DNA of 53,541 nucleotides, the filler included, from Streblomastix strix (taxonomy: Eukaryota): the NCBI GenBank assembly GCA_008636045.1. It is 2 parts of 2 records of this genome, joined end to end, with 100 filler letters (N's around TTAATTAATTAA, not from the genome) between each part and the next. Parts side by side here need not be neighbours in the genome. Positions count along the whole stretch, not along the records: positions 26,836 to 53,541 come from SNRW01000158.1; 1 more part is not named here. The stretch is one strand, 5' to 3'. This document shows positions 49,430 to 53,541 of this stretch, piece after piece. The notes under the pieces are model-generated. The model saw only the letters and a list, made by a program, of their open reading frames with translations, was not told the DNA's origin and searched no databases. Position 1 is the stretch's first letter. Every line of letters starts with the position of its first letter. The position numbers and the translations under genes are program-made.

Positions 49430-52400
49430 ATGACTGATCTCAATCCTCTTTTCTAGCGATGCTGGAGTTAAGGATACAATTGCATCGTTGGGAGTATTGA
49501 TCATGTCATCGTATACAAATTTGTTTGCATTTAATATTTTATGTTCTTAAATATTATTATCTTTATTTTAAACAATCCAATTTAGATTTATAAAGCTTCT
49601 TCGTTCCTAAAAGAGAAAAAGATAATACCACGAGTTTCTATTTTGTGCTCAAACTTATCACTGTATAATAAATTTTAGTAATAATACTCAATTTTTATTA
49701 ATTTTTGCTTTATTTATAATCATCAGACTATCAGATCATGAAGAACGAATTAAGAAGAAGTTCCATGCTCGATTAATTAACTTTGAATATAATAATATTG
49801 ATTATTTAAATTCCAAACCTGACAATATATGTGTAATTTCGGTATTGATTCACTTTTTAATTCGTTTAATTTATGTATTCTAATAATTTCATGGAATATT
49901 CAATGTAAATGCAGATCTGTTTATCCGAACAATTGTTTAATCCGATCAATTTTCAATCATCGTAATTAACATTGATTATAAATCTTGCAATCTTTCTCCA
50001 GCTGTTTCAAGAATGCTTCATCTTCTTTTCTCTTCTCCAAATTCATTAATTTACTAATCAAACTCAAAATCTGAATAAAATGAAACAAATCTAACATTTA
50101 CAAATTAATCCGAATTACCAATTCAAAAATCACAAAATATAAATTCATCACAATAACGCATATTAGTAGAGCTTCATAAAATTATTGATTCATTTTCAGG
50201 AGTTGATATTATTGAACCTCTTTTGAAATTACTATGTGAAGGAGTTATCAGAACAAACCAAAGATATATTTCAGATTAAGATGATAAAATAAACATAAAA
50301 CAATATAATTCATCAATAACAGCAGATTTTGCATTAGATTCAATAAAAGCATTTCTTATGATATTTGATGCACTATCCCAAAGATCCTGGCTTCCATCAG
50401 CAGTATGTAACTCATCACATACAACAATACATTTACAGAAATAACAAACATCAACCAGTCAAACGATTGTAGTATCAGCACCTACTAATTGTTCAGCATA
50501 AAAATATCGATCATTCATATTTGGTATATCAGTATCATCTGGAGTTGGATTAGGACTTTCTTCTATTTGCATTGTTGGATCATCAGCTGAAGATGCAGAA
50601 CCGATATTCAGTGGATGTGTGAAAGGATTTGATGCACTTGGTTATATTGAAGGAAAAGATTACACGATTATTATGCAGAAATAATAATATGAATAAAATG
50701 AATAATAAATAAGTAATGATAATATTAATGATAATTAAAATACTGATGTATCAAATACAAAAGTTAAAAGAAAAAGAGAAACTGAATATGAATAATAAAT
50801 AAATAAATAAAATAAATCAATTATAATGAATCCTCGAGTTCTCCGAATCGATATTTTCCATTCACACAAACAAACAGTTCAATTCTTACTTCCAACTGAA
50901 CTATAATTGGCTCATGTTTGCGATCTTGTTATTTTCTGCAGTAACTACTTGCTTATTTGAAGCATGAACCGATAATAAGCGATTGGAACATCATAATCAG
51001 CTAAGATGTCAATAATTCCATTAAATATTGGAGGAAATGAAGGATGCTGTGTTCAAATTGCAGGATAAGCTGTATGTGAATTGAGCTAGAGTGAAATTGA
51101 AATTGGATAAATTAAACTAAGAATTTAATATAGAAAGAATAATACAATGAATAAAATGAATTATAGAAATAACGGAAATTTTCATCATTTTCATAATTCG
51201 GATGCAAATGAATTATTTAATTTGAATGGAAAAGGAAGTGGAGTTATAACAACTGTATTATAAAAACCGCCATTAATGAATACATCTGATCCGATTTGTT
51301 CAATTTTGTCTGAATTATTCTTCTTCTCATGGTCACTATTAATTGATTATTAATTGAATGATGAAAAATTAAATAATAAAACAAATTAATTATAATAATA
51401 ACAATATTCATTTTCGCATTAAACATTACAATTGATGATGCAAACGCATAGATGTTTAGCATGTCCACCTCCAGAATTATGCAGTCTTCATTTATTGAAT
51501 CCATCCGCTATGCATATTATGAAATTACCTCTATTTCATACATTTAAATAATAATAATAATAATCAAACAATTCACTTCAGAAACATCATTGATTGAAAA
51601 GAACTAAAACATTAATAATAAGAAAAATAAATAAATAGATGAAAATAATGATGATAATGAATAGAAATTGAATAATATCAGATCATAATCAGAATAAGAA
51701 GAATTATTTCTTGCACGATTCTTTGCAATATATCGTGGATATGAGAGAAATATATCAGGAAATGAAATATAAGAAATTTTGGGGAAGAAATAAATTAATT
51801 AATAAAAAAGAAAGAAATAGATTCAAATATTGAAAATAATTCAAATAAAGATCTTTATTTTGCTTTAATTGGAGAAATATTTGAAACACAAAAGAAGAAT
51901 AAAATTAATCAATAAGAATAAAATATTTCAAATGAAAATGAAAATAAAAATAAAAATAATTAAGAAGAAGATTCTTAAAATTAAAAAGAAGAATTACTTG
52001 GAAGCAGAGAAATCATGAGTGTTATTCACGTATCAGTTGAAACAATCAGTATTTCAAATAATGCATAATCATAAATACAAAATATTACATCATCATCTTC
52101 ATAATAATCATAATCAAATAATAATATTCAATAATCATTAACATCCAAACTTCCTATATTATTAAATGAAGATGAATAACAATTTCAAAATCAAAGAATG
52201 GTTCATATTAAGAAGATCTGCACACATCCTGAAGTGCGCGGAGTTGGATATGAATTAGAAGCTGTGAAATAATTGAGGCAGTTTTTCAAAAGAGAATTAC
52301 TTAAAGTTGACTCAAATATTGATTAAATAGAAATAGAAAATTTAAATTAAATATTAAATTCAATTAATAAGAAATAATCGATCTCTTATTAACATTCAAA

Positions 52401-53118
52401 AGCACCATTCTTATCATAAGTATATCGAATTATTCCTCCAAATGCTGATTTCATTTTCACATCTGTTGTATTTGAATATGATGATGCTGAATCGATCTGC
52501 AATTTTTGGCTGAAATGCAAAATGACTCCTGTTTTATTATATGGATTATAATCTTCTAGTTAAATAAATGATAATCAAATAAATGAATAAATGAATATCA
52601 AGTAATAAGAGTAGGAATTTATTGATGAATAAGAAGCAGAAAAGCGAATTAAATAGAAAATGGGAATGAAAGAAGAAAATTCAATAATAAAATCGACAGG
52701 AAAGAAAAGAAGAAGAGTTGAAAATGAATAAAATAATGAAGATAATTAAAAATAGAAAACAATTGAAAATAAATAAGAAAATAAGAATAAAAACATTAAA
52801 ACATATTAGAGTAAATCATAATATGAAAGATGGATATGTTGTTTTGCATAACCAATTCGAACTGAAGAAGAATATGATGATGATAATAAAGAAGAGTAAG
52901 AATAATAAAATATTAATAAATAATCAAAATAAACCAAAATCACTCTATCACAAATCAATTCCTGGATTGAAAGATGCTTTTCTCGTTTCTGTTATCGTCT
53001 TCTTTCACTGATTGATCCGAATGGAAGAAGATTCTTAGGTACTCCTTCTCCTCCAATATCTAAACCAGACATTAAAATATAATAATAAGATTAAGATTAA
53101 TATAATAATAATAATAAT
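49430..53118 (+). pseudogene. NAT10/Kre33 (RNA cytidine acetyltransferase)-like divergent paralog, disrupted and 3'-truncated
   Basis: KGFDALGYIEGKDYTII, RVLRIDIFHSHKQTVQFLLP, DPICSILSELF, CPPPELCSLHLLN, HPEVRGVGY. In-frame TGA at 50958-50960, frameshifts near 51563 and 51780; diverges from copy 1 at ~53118. Confidence 0.75.
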
Positions 53119-53541
53119 TTAGGATTATTATTTGTATATGATCTTTTACCATATGTATTCTCCCATAGTTCGAGGTCTTTGAACACAATCAACAATATTA
53201 AAACTCTTTATTATACATTTCATATTTTGTTTGTGATCAATAATTTATGAAATAAATTATCATTCAATTGTAATTATACGTTAAAATAACAAAAAGAAAA
53301 TTAATAGTTCTATTTTTCATTAAGTAGCATTTTTAATTAGTAGACACGAGTAATACCTTACACCAGTATTTTCCCTGCCATCTGTGTGAAATATCAAAAC
53401 ATCTTCCTCCTCCGGTATTCCATATTCTTCAATGCATTCTCTCACATCCCCCAAAATCTGCTATGCCAATTAATCTTACCGCTTATTACGCAAATTCTTA
53501 ATAACTGATGAAATACATTGAATAGTAACTGATAGTATGTT

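Noticed and set aside
50941..50962. Possible 22-nt GT-AG micro-intron removing the NAT10-like TGA
   Set aside because: Splicing shifts the frame and creates an immediate TGA, whereas the unspliced frame continues with NAT10 similarity.
5292..53011. Many ORF-track entries (hydrophobic F/L/S-rich or I/K/M-rich ORFs such as 6255-6842, 23267-23551, 32773-33114, 45947-46198 and 52718-53011)
   Set aside because: Antisense or off-frame shadows of real table-6 genes in low-complexity DNA.
53120..53541. Possible minus-strand coding exons at the window end
   Set aside because: Too short, with no recognisable motif, to support a call.

Overview
Eukaryotic, very AT-rich protist DNA with short GT-AG introns. 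TAA/TAG encode Gln and TGA is the only stop, so the supplied standard-code ORF track fragments nearly every gene. The code, intron style and gene content fit an oxymonad such as Streblomastix, which is an inference. A 100-bp artificial linker (N44-TTAATTAATTAA-N44, 26736-26835) splits the window into two pieces that may not be adjacent. The left piece holds host genes: three ARM/HEAT-like proteins, an acidic protein, a type I membrane protein, a NEK-like kinase-ARM fusion ending in a CaaX box, a membrane protein and TBP. The right piece holds an actin-like 3' fragment and a degenerate 7.6-kb DIRS-type retrotransposon (ITRs, ICR-like repeat, RT/RNase H/methyltransferase, tyrosine recombinase). 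It also holds the right arm of an endogenous Polinton/Maverick-like DNA virus: A32-type packaging ATPase, HNH nuclease, a 695-aa fibre with phage-like HxH repeats, a possibly myristoylated amphipathic peptide, a ~650-aa candidate major capsid protein, phased subterminal repeats and an AGTAGT terminus. The viral arm sits inside one copy of a local duplication carrying a NAT10/Kre33-like gene with degenerate catalytic motifs, a multi-pass membrane gene and a Rab28-like fragment.
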